DNA from: PVC group bacterium
Lineage (GTDB): Bacteria > Auribacterota > Erginobacteria > Erginobacterales > Erginobacteraceae
DNA: 64,000 nt
Assembly (NCBI GenBank): GCA_040773245.1
Contig: JAXGWO010000004.1
Coordinates: forward strand, 4,290 to 68,289
Direction: 5' to 3'
Positions 47,756 to 56,776 of the stretch are shown here, piece after piece. Numbering within the stretch: the stretch's first letter is position 1; each line of letters opens with the position of its first letter. The notes beneath the pieces are model-generated. The model did not search any database and was not told the DNA's origin. It saw only the letters and a list, made by a program, of their open reading frames with translations. Position numbers and translations under genes: made by a program.

Positions 47756-48862
47756 ATGTTCTACCACATCTTCTACCCGCTCCGCGATCTCTGGTTCGGC
47801 TTCAATATCTTCCGCTACATCACCTTCCGGTCGGCCGCGGCGGCCCTGACCGCCTTCCTGATCAGCGTGATCTTCGGTCCCGCCCTGATCCGGAAGCTGC
47901 GGGAGCTGAAGGTCGGGGAGAAGGTCCGGAACGGGAAGTGCTATGAAGAACTCTACCGCCGCCACAAGGACAAGGAGGGGACCCCGACGATGGGCGGGCT
48001 GATCATCATCCTGGCGGTGATGGCGGCCACGGTTCTCTGGGCCCGCCTGGAGACGACCCAGGTGATCATCATCGTGATCTCCTCCCTCTGGCTGGGAACC
48101 ATCGGTTTCATCGACGATTGGATCAAGCTGAAGCGGCTCGGCCGGCGGGGGCTGCGGGGCCGGGTCAAGCTGGCCGGGCAGGTGGTCCTCGGGCTGGCGA
48201 TCGGTCTCTTTCTCACCTACCATCCCGAGACTTCCGCTTACGCCGGTCACCTCTGGGTCCCCTTCTACAAGCACGCCGTCCTGGAGAACATCGGCCTCTT
48301 CTCCATCCCCCTGGTCATCCTGGTCCTGGTCGGTTCGACCAACGCCGTCAACCTGACCGACGGCCTCGACGGCCTGGCCGTCGGCTGCCTGGCGATCGCC
48401 GCCCTCGCCTTCGCGGCGCTGGCCTACCTGATCGGCCACATCGAGTTCGCCGCCTACCTCCAGGTACCCTACATCCCGGGGGCCGGGGAACTGACGGTCT
48501 TCTGCGCCGCCCTGGGTGGCGCCGGCCTCGGCTTCCTCTGGTTCAACGCCTACCCGGCCGAGATCTTTATGGGCGACACCGGGGCCCTGGCCTGCGGGGG
48601 AGCGATCGGAACGGTGGCGGTGCTCCTGAAGAAGGAACTCTTCCTCCTCCTGATCGGGGGGGTCTTCGTGGTCGAGGCCCTCTCGGTGATCCTCCAGGTG
48701 GCCAGCTTCCGCCTCCGGGGCGGGAAGCGGATCTTCCTGATGGCCCCGCTCCACCATCACTTCCAGATCAAGAACATCCCGGAGAACAAGATCACCGTCC
48801 GCCTCTGGATCTGCGCGGTGATCTGCGCCCTGATCGGACTGGGGGCGCTGAAGATGCGATGA
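47756..48862 (+). CDS. mraY: Phospho-N-acetylmuramoyl-pentapeptide transferase.
   Basis: 10-TM MraY with conserved DD and HHH motifs (NAVNLTDGLDGLA). Confidence 0.95.
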   Translation: MFYHIFYPLRDLWFGFNIFRYITFRSAAAALTAFLISVIFGPALIRKLRELKVGEKVRNGKCYEELYRRHKDKEGTPTMGGLIIILAVMAATVLWARLETTQVIIIVISSLWLGTIGFIDDWIKLKRLGRRGLRGRVKLAGQVVLGLAIGLFLTYHPETSAYAGHLWVPFYKHAVLENIGLFSIPLVILVLVGSTNAVNLTDGLDGLAVGCLAIAALAFAALAYLIGHIEFAAYLQVPYIPGAGELTVFCAALGGAGLGFLWFNAYPAEIFMGDTGALACGGAIGTVAVLLKKELFLLLIGGVFVVEALSVILQVASFRLRGGKRIFLMAPLHHHFQIKNIPENKITVRLWICAVICALIGLGALKMR

Positions 48863-50232
48863 AAATCGGGGATGCCGCCATAATCGGACTGGGCCGAAGC
48901 GGCGAGGCGGCGGCGGAACTGCTCCTGGAGAGGGGGGCCGCAGTGACCGTCTTCGACGACCGGGCCGGGCCCGCCCAGCAGGAGAGAGCCGTCCGGCTGA
49001 AGGAGAAGGGAGCGGTTCTTCACCTGGGAGCGGAGTCGGGGAAGGGGTGGGGCGGCTTCCGGACGGTGATCGCCAGCCCCGGGGTCCCCCCCGGCCATCC
49101 GCTGCTGGCCCGGGCGCGGCGGGAAAAGGTCCCGGTCATCTCCGAGGTCGAACTGGCCGGCCGCTTCCTGAAAGGACGGCTGATCGCGGTCACCGGGACC
49201 AACGGCAAGACGACCACGGTCAGCCTGCTGGTCGAGATCTTCCGCCGGGCGGGGGCGAAGGCCGCGGCGGCGGGCAATATCGGCTACCCGCTCTGCCGGC
49301 TGGTCCGCGAAGGCAATGATTGCGCGGTGGTGGTGGCGGAGATCAGTTCCTTCCAGCTGGAACAGGTCGAAACCTTCCGGCCGGGGAGCGCGGTCTTTCT
49401 CAACCTGGCGCCCGATCATCTCGACCGCTACCCGGGGATGAAGGAGTACGGGGAGGCGAAGCTGAAGATCTTCGCCCGCCAGGGGAGGGGGGATCGGGCG
49501 ATCTACCCCGAGTCCCTGGCCGCTTTCGTGGAGCGGACCCTGCCCCCCGGCGTGGAGAAGGTAACCTGGGGCGGGAAACGGGGAACGGTACGGTTCGAGC
49601 GGGGTGAACTTCGTTACTATTCCCCCGGCGGCGGGGGAACGATCTGCCGCGAAGAAGATATCGCGGGCCGGGGCGCGGCCTTCCGCGAGAACGTCCTGGC
49701 CGCCGCCGCCGTCGCCCTCCGGGAAGGGGTGGCGGCGGGGGATATCGCCGCCGTCCTGGGGACCTTTGCCGGCATCCCCCACCGGCTGGAGTACGTCGCC
49801 GGGGCGGCGGGGGTGGAGTTCTACAACGACTCCAAGGCCACCAACCCGGCGGCGGTGGCCGCGGCCCTGGAGTCTTTCTCCCGTCCGGTCATCTGGCTGG
49901 CCGGGGGGAGCGACAAGAGTCTCGACTTCTCCCCCCTGGGGCCGCTTCTGCCGGGACGGGTGAAGCGGGCGATTCTCCTGGGAGAGACCCGGGAGAAGCT
50001 GCGTTCCCTGGCGGAGGGGAGAGTAGCCTTCCAGGTTGTCTCCAGTCTCCCGGAGGCGGTCGGCGCGGCCTGGCAGGCAGCCGCCCCGGGGGACGTGGTC
50101 CTTCTCTCCCCCGGGTGCGCCAGTTTCGATATGTTCCCCGACTACCGGGCCCGGGGGGAGCTCTTCAAATCCCTGGTCGGGGAACTGGTGTCCCGGGCCG
50201 GAAAGGCCCAACGGAGTCAATGTCCCCGGTAA
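48859..50232 (+). CDS. murD: UDP-N-acetylmuramoylalanine--D-glutamate ligase.
   Basis: N-terminal Rossmann GLGRSGEAAA and GTNGKTTT P-loop. ATG overlaps mraY's stop. Track ORF 48118-50232 has a spurious 5' extension. Confidence 0.9.
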   Translation: MKIGDAAIIGLGRSGEAAAELLLERGAAVTVFDDRAGPAQQERAVRLKEKGAVLHLGAESGKGWGGFRTVIASPGVPPGHPLLARARREKVPVISEVELAGRFLKGRLIAVTGTNGKTTTVSLLVEIFRRAGAKAAAAGNIGYPLCRLVREGNDCAVVVAEISSFQLEQVETFRPGSAVFLNLAPDHLDRYPGMKEYGEAKLKIFARQGRGDRAIYPESLAAFVERTLPPGVEKVTWGGKRGTVRFERGELRYYSPGGGGTICREEDIAGRGAAFRENVLAAAAVALREGVAAGDIAAVLGTFAGIPHRLEYVAGAAGVEFYNDSKATNPAAVAAALESFSRPVIWLAGGSDKSLDFSPLGPLLPGRVKRAILLGETREKLRSLAEGRVAFQVVSSLPEAVGAAWQAAAPGDVVLLSPGCASFDMFPDYRARGELFKSLVGELVSRAGKAQRSQCPR

Positions 50233-50253
50233 AACCGGGCTGATTTATCCGGG

Positions 50254-50356
50254 GTCGGTATCGCTATCGGGATCGGAATCGAAGGTGTTCGCGGTTCGAT
50301 AGCGATAGCGATAGCGATACCGATACCGATAGCGATAGCGATTCCGATAGCGATTG
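50254..50356. repeat. Hexamer-family palindromic array, the largest in the window with about 15 units.
   Basis: GGTATCGCTATCGGGATCGGAATCGAAG ... CGATAGCGATAGCGATAGCGATACCGATACCGATAGCGATAGCGATTCCGATAGCGATTG between murD and the LysM lipoprotein. Confidence 0.8.
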
Positions 50357-50395
50357 TTGATGGGAACAATACCCCCAAGGGGGGAGGAGGGAGAG

Positions 50396-50830
50396 ATGAT
50401 GAATAAGACCAGGATGGTATTTTACGGATCGCTGGGAGCCCTGGTGTCGGTGCTGATCTGGAGTTTTATCGGCGGCTGCCACACTTCTTCCCGGCCGCTG
50501 CCCCCGGTGCCTCCGGCCGAAGAACCGGCCCCCGAAGAGATCGCCCCGCCGGCCCCGGTCAGCCAGGAGACCCTGATCGAGGAGGGGATCACGGCCGGCG
50601 ACCAACCACCGGTTGCGGCCGAACCTCCGCCGGCCCCGAAGGAAGCGCCGGCGGCCGAAGCGGTCGAAGCCCCAGCGCCGGCTCCTTCCCGGACCCACAC
50701 GGTGGCCAAGGGCGATACCCTCTGGGGGATCAGCAAGCAGTACGGGGTGACCACGAAAGCGATCGAAGAGGCGAACAAACTCGCGGATCCCGACCGCCTC
50801 TCGGTGGGGCAGCAGCTGGTCATCCCCTGA
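50396..50830 (+). CDS. LysM-domain lipoprotein with a Pro/Ala-rich linker, inserted in the dcw cluster.
   Basis: Signal peptide with a lipobox-like FIGGC, a PAPEE-rich low-complexity linker and a C-terminal LysM (HTVAKGDTLWGISKQYGV...VGQQLVIP). GGAGG RBS. Confidence 0.7.
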   Translation: MMNKTRMVFYGSLGALVSVLIWSFIGGCHTSSRPLPPVPPAEEPAPEEIAPPAPVSQETLIEEGITAGDQPPVAAEPPPAPKEAPAAEAVEAPAPAPSRTHTVAKGDTLWGISKQYGVTTKAIEEANKLADPDRLSVGQQLVIP

Positions 50831-50858
50831 ACCCCGGGATGAAGAGACGGACGGAGAT

Positions 50859-52055
50859 TTGATGCGCGCCGCAATCCAGACCGGGAGCGAAAGCTGGCGG
50901 CCCGGCAATCATCTGCCGCTGATCCTGATCTCCCTGGTGGCCGGCCTGATCGGGCTCGGCCTGCTGATGATCTACAGCTCTTCCGCCGTCTATTCCCTCG
51001 ACACCTACGGCGACCGCTACTTCATCATCCGGCGCCAGCTGCTCTGGCTGGGGGCGGGACTGGCCGCCGCCGTCGCCGCCGCCCGGATCGATTACCGCCG
51101 GCTCCAGGGGAAGAGCCGGCTGCTGCTCCTGGCCGGGGTCGTTCTCCTGGCGGCGGTCTTCGTCCCCGGCTTGGGCCGGAGCGGGGGCGGCGCCCGGCGC
51201 TGGCTGGCGGCGGGGGTGATCAGTTTCCAGCCCGCCGAACTGGTGAAGTACCTGGTGGTCATCTATCTGGCCGACCTCCTCTCCCGCCGCCAGCGGGAGA
51301 TAACCCGCTTCGGCACCGGTTTTCTCCCCCCGCTGGCGGTGATCGGGCTGCTCAGCGGCCTGGTGCTGATCCAGCCCGACCTGGGGACCGCCCTCTCCAT
51401 CGCCGCCATCGGCCTGCTCCTGCTCTATCTCGGCGGGGCCCGGCCGGCCCATCTCGGAGCCCTCTGCCTTACGGCCCTCCCGGTGCTGGCGGTGATGGTG
51501 GTCCGGGTCGGTTACCGGATGCGGAGGATCCTGGCCTTCGTCGATCCCTGGGCCGATCCCCGGGGGGCCGGTTTCCAGATCATCCAGTCGCTGATCGCGC
51601 TGGGCTCGGGCGGTCCGACCGGACTGGGACTGGGCGAGAGCCGGCAGAAGCTCTTCTACCTCCCGGCGGCGACCACCGACTTCATCTTTTCCATCCTTGG
51701 CGAGGAACTGGGTTTCCTCGGCAGCGCCCTGACCGTCGCTCTCACGGCGGGGATACTGATAACCGGTTTCCGGATCGCCGGCCGTTCGAGCGATCTCTTC
51801 GGGCAGCTCCTGGCCCGGGGAGTGACCGCGATGCTGGTTCTCCAGGCTTTGATCAATATGGGGGTCTCCTGCGGGATGCTTCCGACCAAGGGGCTGCCTT
51901 TCCCCTTCATCAGTTACGGCGGCTCCAACCTTTTGGCCAGCTGCCTGGCGGTGGGGCTGCTGATCTCCGTCGCCGTTCACTCCGACAACGAATGCCGCCG
52001 GCGGGGCCGCCGGCAGGCGATCCGTCTCTTTCAACCAAGGACCGGGGGACAGTGA
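50859..52055 (+). CDS. ftsW: SEDS-family peptidoglycan glycosyltransferase FtsW.
   Basis: 10-TM SEDS protein; track ORF 50859-52055. Start is TTG at 50859 or ATG at 50862. Confidence 0.9.
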   Translation: MMRAAIQTGSESWRPGNHLPLILISLVAGLIGLGLLMIYSSSAVYSLDTYGDRYFIIRRQLLWLGAGLAAAVAAARIDYRRLQGKSRLLLLAGVVLLAAVFVPGLGRSGGGARRWLAAGVISFQPAELVKYLVVIYLADLLSRRQREITRFGTGFLPPLAVIGLLSGLVLIQPDLGTALSIAAIGLLLLYLGGARPAHLGALCLTALPVLAVMVVRVGYRMRRILAFVDPWADPRGAGFQIIQSLIALGSGGPTGLGLGESRQKLFYLPAATTDFIFSILGEELGFLGSALTVALTAGILITGFRIAGRSSDLFGQLLARGVTAMLVLQALINMGVSCGMLPTKGLPFPFISYGGSNLLASCLAVGLLISVAVHSDNECRRRGRRQAIRLFQPRTGGQ

Positions 52056-52234
52056 TGAAAGACCACGAGCTCTGCCCGTACTTCGAAACCTGCCTGATCA
52101 GCAACCTCCTCAAGACCATCGATGTCCCGGAGGTCCTGCGCTACTGCGCCGGCAATTATCAAAACTGTCGCTACCTTCCGCGGTCGGCCCGGAGCCGGCC
52201 GTTCGCGGATAAACGGGAGCCCGCCAAGGTATGA
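52055..52234 (+). CDS. Small four-cysteine protein of 59 aa, translationally coupled between ftsW and murG.
   Basis: ATG at 52055 overlaps the ftsW stop; its stop overlaps the murG ATG (ATGA). Sequence MKDHELCPYFETCLISNLLKTIDVPEVLRYCAGNYQNCRYL. Confidence 0.5.
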   Translation: MKDHELCPYFETCLISNLLKTIDVPEVLRYCAGNYQNCRYLPRSARSRPFADKREPAKV

Positions 52235-53346
52235 GACTGGCCCTGGCCGGAGGCGGCACCGGGGGACACCTGGCCCCGGCCATCGCGCTCCTCGAAGAAC
52301 TGGGGAACCGGGGGGGAGTTCCCGGGGGCCTCGTCCTGACCTCCGGCCCGCCCGCCGCCGCGCTGGAGCGGTCCGCCCCCGGCAGCCGGGTCGTCTCCAT
52401 CGACTCCGCCCCCCTCGTCCTGAGCCGTCCCTGGCGGCTCCCGGCCCGGCTGCTGAGGATCCGGCGGGGGTACCGCCGGTCGCTCGCGGCCCTGCGGAAG
52501 TTCCGGCCCGACCTGGTGATCGGGTTGGGGGGATACGTCTCCGCCCCCCCTCTCCTGGCCGCCCGGCGGCTGAAGATCCCGGCGGTCTGCCACGAGCAGA
52601 ACCGGGTGCCGGGCCGGGCCAACCGTCTTCTGGCCCGGGGCCCGGTCCGGGTTATCTCCGCCTTCCCCCTGCTCCCGGGGAGGATCGACCCCGCCCGGGT
52701 GACCTGCCTGGGTGCGCCGGTCCGCCGGGCGGCGCTGGCCCCGGCCCCGGAGGGGACCGCCGGGGCCTGGGGCCTGGAACCGGGGAGGTTCACCCTCCTG
52801 GTCCTCGGGGGGAGCCGGGGGGCGAGGGCGATCAACCGGCTGCTGGAGACGTCGGCCGGCGCGCTGGCCGGTCCCTGCCCGCCGGAGCAAGTCCAGGTTA
52901 TCCACTGCGCCGGCGCGGAGGACTCCGAACGGCTGCAGCGGGCTTACCGGGTGGCGGGGCTGGCGGCCGCCGTCTTCCCCGGCCTGGAGGAGATCGGCTG
53001 GGCTTACTCCCTGGCCGACCTGGCGGTGAGCCGGGCCGGGGGGGCGACCCTGAGCGAGCTGGCCGCCTGGGGGCTGCCCTCCCTCCTCATCCCCTATCCC
53101 TTCGCCACCGAGAACCACCAGATGGAGAACGCTCTCTATTTCCGGGCGGCGGGGGCCGCGGTGGTCTTCCCGGAAGGGGAGATCGGCGCACCGGTTCTGG
53201 CCCGGGAGATTTTCCGGATCCGCTCCGACGGGGAACTCCGCCGGAAGATGTCCGCCGCAGCCCGGAGTCTGCATCGCCCCGCCGCGGCGGAAAAGATCAT
53301 CGATTGCCTGGAGAAAATGCTGGAGGAGTATGATCAACCGCGATGA
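52231..53346 (+). CDS. murG: Undecaprenyldiphospho-muramoylpentapeptide beta-N-acetylglucosaminyltransferase.
   Basis: LAGGGTGGHLAPAIAL motif and GT28 fold. Confidence 0.9.
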   Translation: MRLALAGGGTGGHLAPAIALLEELGNRGGVPGGLVLTSGPPAAALERSAPGSRVVSIDSAPLVLSRPWRLPARLLRIRRGYRRSLAALRKFRPDLVIGLGGYVSAPPLLAARRLKIPAVCHEQNRVPGRANRLLARGPVRVISAFPLLPGRIDPARVTCLGAPVRRAALAPAPEGTAGAWGLEPGRFTLLVLGGSRGARAINRLLETSAGALAGPCPPEQVQVIHCAGAEDSERLQRAYRVAGLAAAVFPGLEEIGWAYSLADLAVSRAGGATLSELAAWGLPSLLIPYPFATENHQMENALYFRAAGAAVVFPEGEIGAPVLAREIFRIRSDGELRRKMSAAARSLHRPAAAEKIIDCLEKMLEEYDQPR

Positions 53347-54766
53347 CAGGATGCTGCTCTTCGGCCGGCCCGACGTCGTCTCCGTCCACCTGGTCGGGGC
53401 CGGCGGAGCCGGGATGAACGTCCTGGCTCGGATCCTGCTCACGCTCGGTTTGGAGGTCAGCGGATCCGACGTCCGGCTCACCCCGGTGACCGAGCGGCTG
53501 GCCCGCCGGGGGGCACGGATCGTCCCCGGGCACCGGGACAGTCTCCCCGGGCGGCCCGACCTGGTGGTTTACTCCTCCGCGGTCGCCGCCGACAACCCGG
53601 AACTCGCCCGGGCCCGGCAACTGGGGATCCCGATCCTCCACCGGTCGCAGGTCCTGGCCGGCCTGACCCGCCTGAAGCCTTCGGTGGCGATCGCCGGAAG
53701 CCACGGGAAGACCACCACCGCCGCCCTGATCGCCTGGATCCTGGTCTCCGCCGGCCGCCGGCCCTCCCTGGCCCTGGGCGGGGAGGCGATCGGCCTGGAA
53801 GACCACCCCGGCTGGGACGAGGGCGGTCTCCTGGTGGCGGAGGCGGACGAGAGCGACGGTTCGCTGGAGCGTCTCTCCCCCCGGGCGGAGGTGATCACCG
53901 GGCTCGACCTCGACCACGTCGATTACTATTCCAGCTGGGAGAAGCTGATCCTGACCTTTTCCCGGTTCACCGAGCGCCTTCCCCGCGACGGGCTGCTGGT
54001 GGTGAACGAGAGCACTCCCCATCTCCACCGCCTGATCCGGGGCGGCTTCCGGGTGGTCTCCTACGGGCTCGGGGAGGGGGCGAACCTGCGCGGCCGGGTG
54101 GTCTCCCTCGACGCCGAGGGGAGCCGCTTTACGGTCTGGCGGGGCGGCTGGCAGCTGGGGGAGGCGCGGCTGCCCCAGCTCGGCCTCTGCGGGGTGGTCA
54201 ACGGCCTGGGGGCGATCGCCTTCTGCCGGGAGGCGGGGGTCTCCTTCGAGGAGATCGCCCGGGGGCTGGAGACCTTCCCGGGCGTGAGGCGGAGGCTGGA
54301 GATCAGGTCCCGCCGCCCGTTCCTCCTGGTCGAGGATTACGCCCATCACCCGGTCGAGATCGCCGCCGCATTGGCGGCGGTCCGCTCGGCGAACCCGGTC
54401 CGGATCTGGTGCGTCTTCCAACCCCACCGCTACAGCCGGACCCGGCACTTCGCCCGGGCCCTGGCCGAGTCCCTGCTGGGTGCGGACCGGATTATCCTGG
54501 CCGACCTCTACCCGGCCTTTGAGCAGCCGTTGCCGGGGGTGAGTTCCCGGCTCATTCTCGAGACCCTCAACCAGCGGGGGCGGGCCGACGCCCGGCTGCT
54601 GGAAAAGCCGGCCATCCGTTCACTTCTCGAACGGGAGGCCGCCCCGGGCGACGCGGTGGTGATTATGGGGGCGGGTGATATCGGCTCCCTGGCCGGGGAA
54701 CTGGCGCGGTCCGGGGCCGGCTCCCCGTCCTCCCTTCCGGGGGCTGGAGAAGAAGTTGAAGAATAA
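53330..54766 (+). CDS. murC: UDP-N-acetylmuramate--L-alanine ligase.
   Basis: GAGMNVLARIL Rossmann, GSHGKTTT P-loop and Mur ligase domains. Confidence 0.9.
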   Translation: MINRDDRMLLFGRPDVVSVHLVGAGGAGMNVLARILLTLGLEVSGSDVRLTPVTERLARRGARIVPGHRDSLPGRPDLVVYSSAVAADNPELARARQLGIPILHRSQVLAGLTRLKPSVAIAGSHGKTTTAALIAWILVSAGRRPSLALGGEAIGLEDHPGWDEGGLLVAEADESDGSLERLSPRAEVITGLDLDHVDYYSSWEKLILTFSRFTERLPRDGLLVVNESTPHLHRLIRGGFRVVSYGLGEGANLRGRVVSLDAEGSRFTVWRGGWQLGEARLPQLGLCGVVNGLGAIAFCREAGVSFEEIARGLETFPGVRRRLEIRSRRPFLLVEDYAHHPVEIAAALAAVRSANPVRIWCVFQPHRYSRTRHFARALAESLLGADRIILADLYPAFEQPLPGVSSRLILETLNQRGRADARLLEKPAIRSLLEREAAPGDAVVIMGAGDIGSLAGELARSGAGSPSSLPGAGEEVEE

Positions 54767-55736
54767 GGCAGCAACAGGGTCAAGGCCCGATTCTCTCCCG
54801 GATCCCGGCGCGGTCGGGCTGGTCGGGGTTCTCCTCGGCGGACCCTCGGCCGAGCGGGAGATCTCCCTGAAATCGGGCCGGGCGGTCTCCCGGGCCCTCC
54901 GGGAGGCCGGGTACTCCGTGGTGGAGATCGGGGAGGAGGGGGATATCGGGGCCGGGATCAGGTCGCATCCCCTGGCCGCGGCCTTCATCTCCCTCCACGG
55001 CCGGTTCGGGGAGGACGGGACGGTCCAGGGGATGCTGGAGGAGATGAATATCCCCTATACCGGTTCGGGGGTGGAGGCCAGCCGCCGGGCGATGAACAAG
55101 GCCGCCGCCCGCCGGCTGTTCGAGCGGGCGGGTCTTCCGGTCCCGCCGGGCCGGGTTTACGGCCCCGGATCCGGCCCCCGGAACTCTCCCTTTCCGCTTC
55201 CGGTGGTGGTGAAGCCGGCCCGGGAAGGATCAAGCATCGGTCTCAGCCTGGCCCGGACCCCGGACGAGTTCCGGGCGGCGGTCGCCCGGGCCCGGGAGCA
55301 CGACCGGGAGATCCTGGTCGAAGAGTACATCCCGGGGCGGGAACTGACGGTCGGGGTGCTCGACGACCGGCCGCTCCCCCTGGTCGGGATCCGGCCGGGA
55401 AACCAATTCTTCGATTTCGAGGCCAAGTACGTCCCGGGAAAATCCCGGTTTGAAGTCCCGGCGCATCTCCCCGACCCTCAGTACCGGGAGATCCAGAGAC
55501 TGGGCCTGGCGGCCCACCGGGTTCTGGGTTGCTTTTCCTACTCCCGGGCGGATATCATCCTCGGACCCGGCGGCCGGCCCTTTCTCCTGGAGGTGAACAC
55601 GATCCCCGGTTTCACCGCGACCAGCCTCCTGCCCCAGGCGGCGGCCGCCGCCGGCATCGACTTCACCAGCCTCTGCCGCCGCCTGCTGGCGGCGGCCCTG
55701 ACCCGGGGGAACTACCGCGGCCGAAGGGACAAATGA
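54756..55736 (+). CDS. ddl: D-alanine--D-alanine ligase.
   Basis: ATP-grasp with GEDGTVQG and EVNTIPG motifs. The start is uncertain (TTG at 54756 assumed); track ORF 54675 begins inside murC. Confidence 0.8.
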   Translation: MKNKAATGSRPDSLPDPGAVGLVGVLLGGPSAEREISLKSGRAVSRALREAGYSVVEIGEEGDIGAGIRSHPLAAAFISLHGRFGEDGTVQGMLEEMNIPYTGSGVEASRRAMNKAAARRLFERAGLPVPPGRVYGPGSGPRNSPFPLPVVVKPAREGSSIGLSLARTPDEFRAAVARAREHDREILVEEYIPGRELTVGVLDDRPLPLVGIRPGNQFFDFEAKYVPGKSRFEVPAHLPDPQYREIQRLGLAAHRVLGCFSYSRADIILGPGGRPFLLEVNTIPGFTATSLLPQAAAAAGIDFTSLCRRLLAAALTRGNYRGRRDK

Positions 55737-55903
55737 ACCGCGGATTTAGCGGATGGGGCGGATTAGAGAAAAGCATTCCGTTCCAGCTTCTTAGTCCGCG
55801 ACATCTGAAGATTTTGGAAAAAAACTCAACTGTTGATTAAAAATCAGAAACAATCCGCTTAATCCTCATAATCCGCGGTTAAATATCCTCAAGGAGGGAG
55901 AAG

Positions 55904-56740
55904 ATGAAGTGGCTGATCCTGAGCAGCAAGGTAACCCGGCCCCCCCGGCGGCTGCGGGCCGCCGCCCCGGCCCGCCGGCGGCGGAAGAAGGACCCGGTCC
56001 CGGATCGGGGCTCCGTCTCCCGGCCGCGATCGGCCGGCGGTGCGGTCCTGGTCCTGATCCTACTGGCCGCGCTGGTGGGGGGGCTCTGGTGGTACTTCCG
56101 CCACTCGGAACTCTTCACGGTCGAGGAGATCGAGGTTGTCAACTCCCACGTCTACTCCCCCGAGGAGATCATCGAGATGGCCGGGATCGAGACCGGGGGG
56201 AATATATTCCCGCTGGATTCCGCTGCCGCCCGGGAGGCGATTATCCGGCACCAGGATTTCCGCGAAGCCCACGTCCGGAAGATCTTTCCTTCCACCGTTC
56301 GGATCGAGGTGATGGAACGGGAGCCCCGGGCCCGGGTCATCTTCGGTCAATACTACACCATCGACGAAGAGGGGGTGGTGCTCGGTCCCAAGAAGTCGTC
56401 CTCGGAGCGGAACCTCCCCGCGATCCGCGGGCTGAAGCTGGTGAACAAATCGAACGATCTCTATCCTCCGGAGAAGCGGGCCGCCTCGCTGGAGCTGCTG
56501 AAGGAACTGGAACGGCTGGAGATCGAGAACCTGATCCGGATCGAGGAGATCAGCGTCGATTTTTCCGACCGGATTGAATTGAAGGCGGAAGGCAGGCTGG
56601 ACATCACCCTGGGGCCGGAAAGTTACGGCGAGCAGCTGCTGAGATTGAAAGCGGTCCTGGAGAAACTGGGGCCGGACCTTGCCCGCGCCCCCCAGATCGA
56701 TCTCCGTTACTCCAAGGTCCCGGTGCGATTCCGGGATTGA
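55904..56740 (+). CDS. ftsQ: Cell division protein FtsQ.
   Basis: Basic N-terminus, single TM helix and a POTRA domain (FTVEEIEVVNSHVYSPEEI). Confidence 0.8.
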   Translation: MKWLILSSKVTRPPRRLRAAAPARRRRKKDPVPDRGSVSRPRSAGGAVLVLILLAALVGGLWWYFRHSELFTVEEIEVVNSHVYSPEEIIEMAGIETGGNIFPLDSAAAREAIIRHQDFREAHVRKIFPSTVRIEVMEREPRARVIFGQYYTIDEEGVVLGPKKSSSERNLPAIRGLKLVNKSNDLYPPEKRAASLELLKELERLEIENLIRIEEISVDFSDRIELKAEGRLDITLGPESYGEQLLRLKAVLEKLGPDLARAPQIDLRYSKVPVRFRD

Positions 56741-56776
56741 ATAATAATCCGCATAATCCGCGGTTGCCTAATTAAG

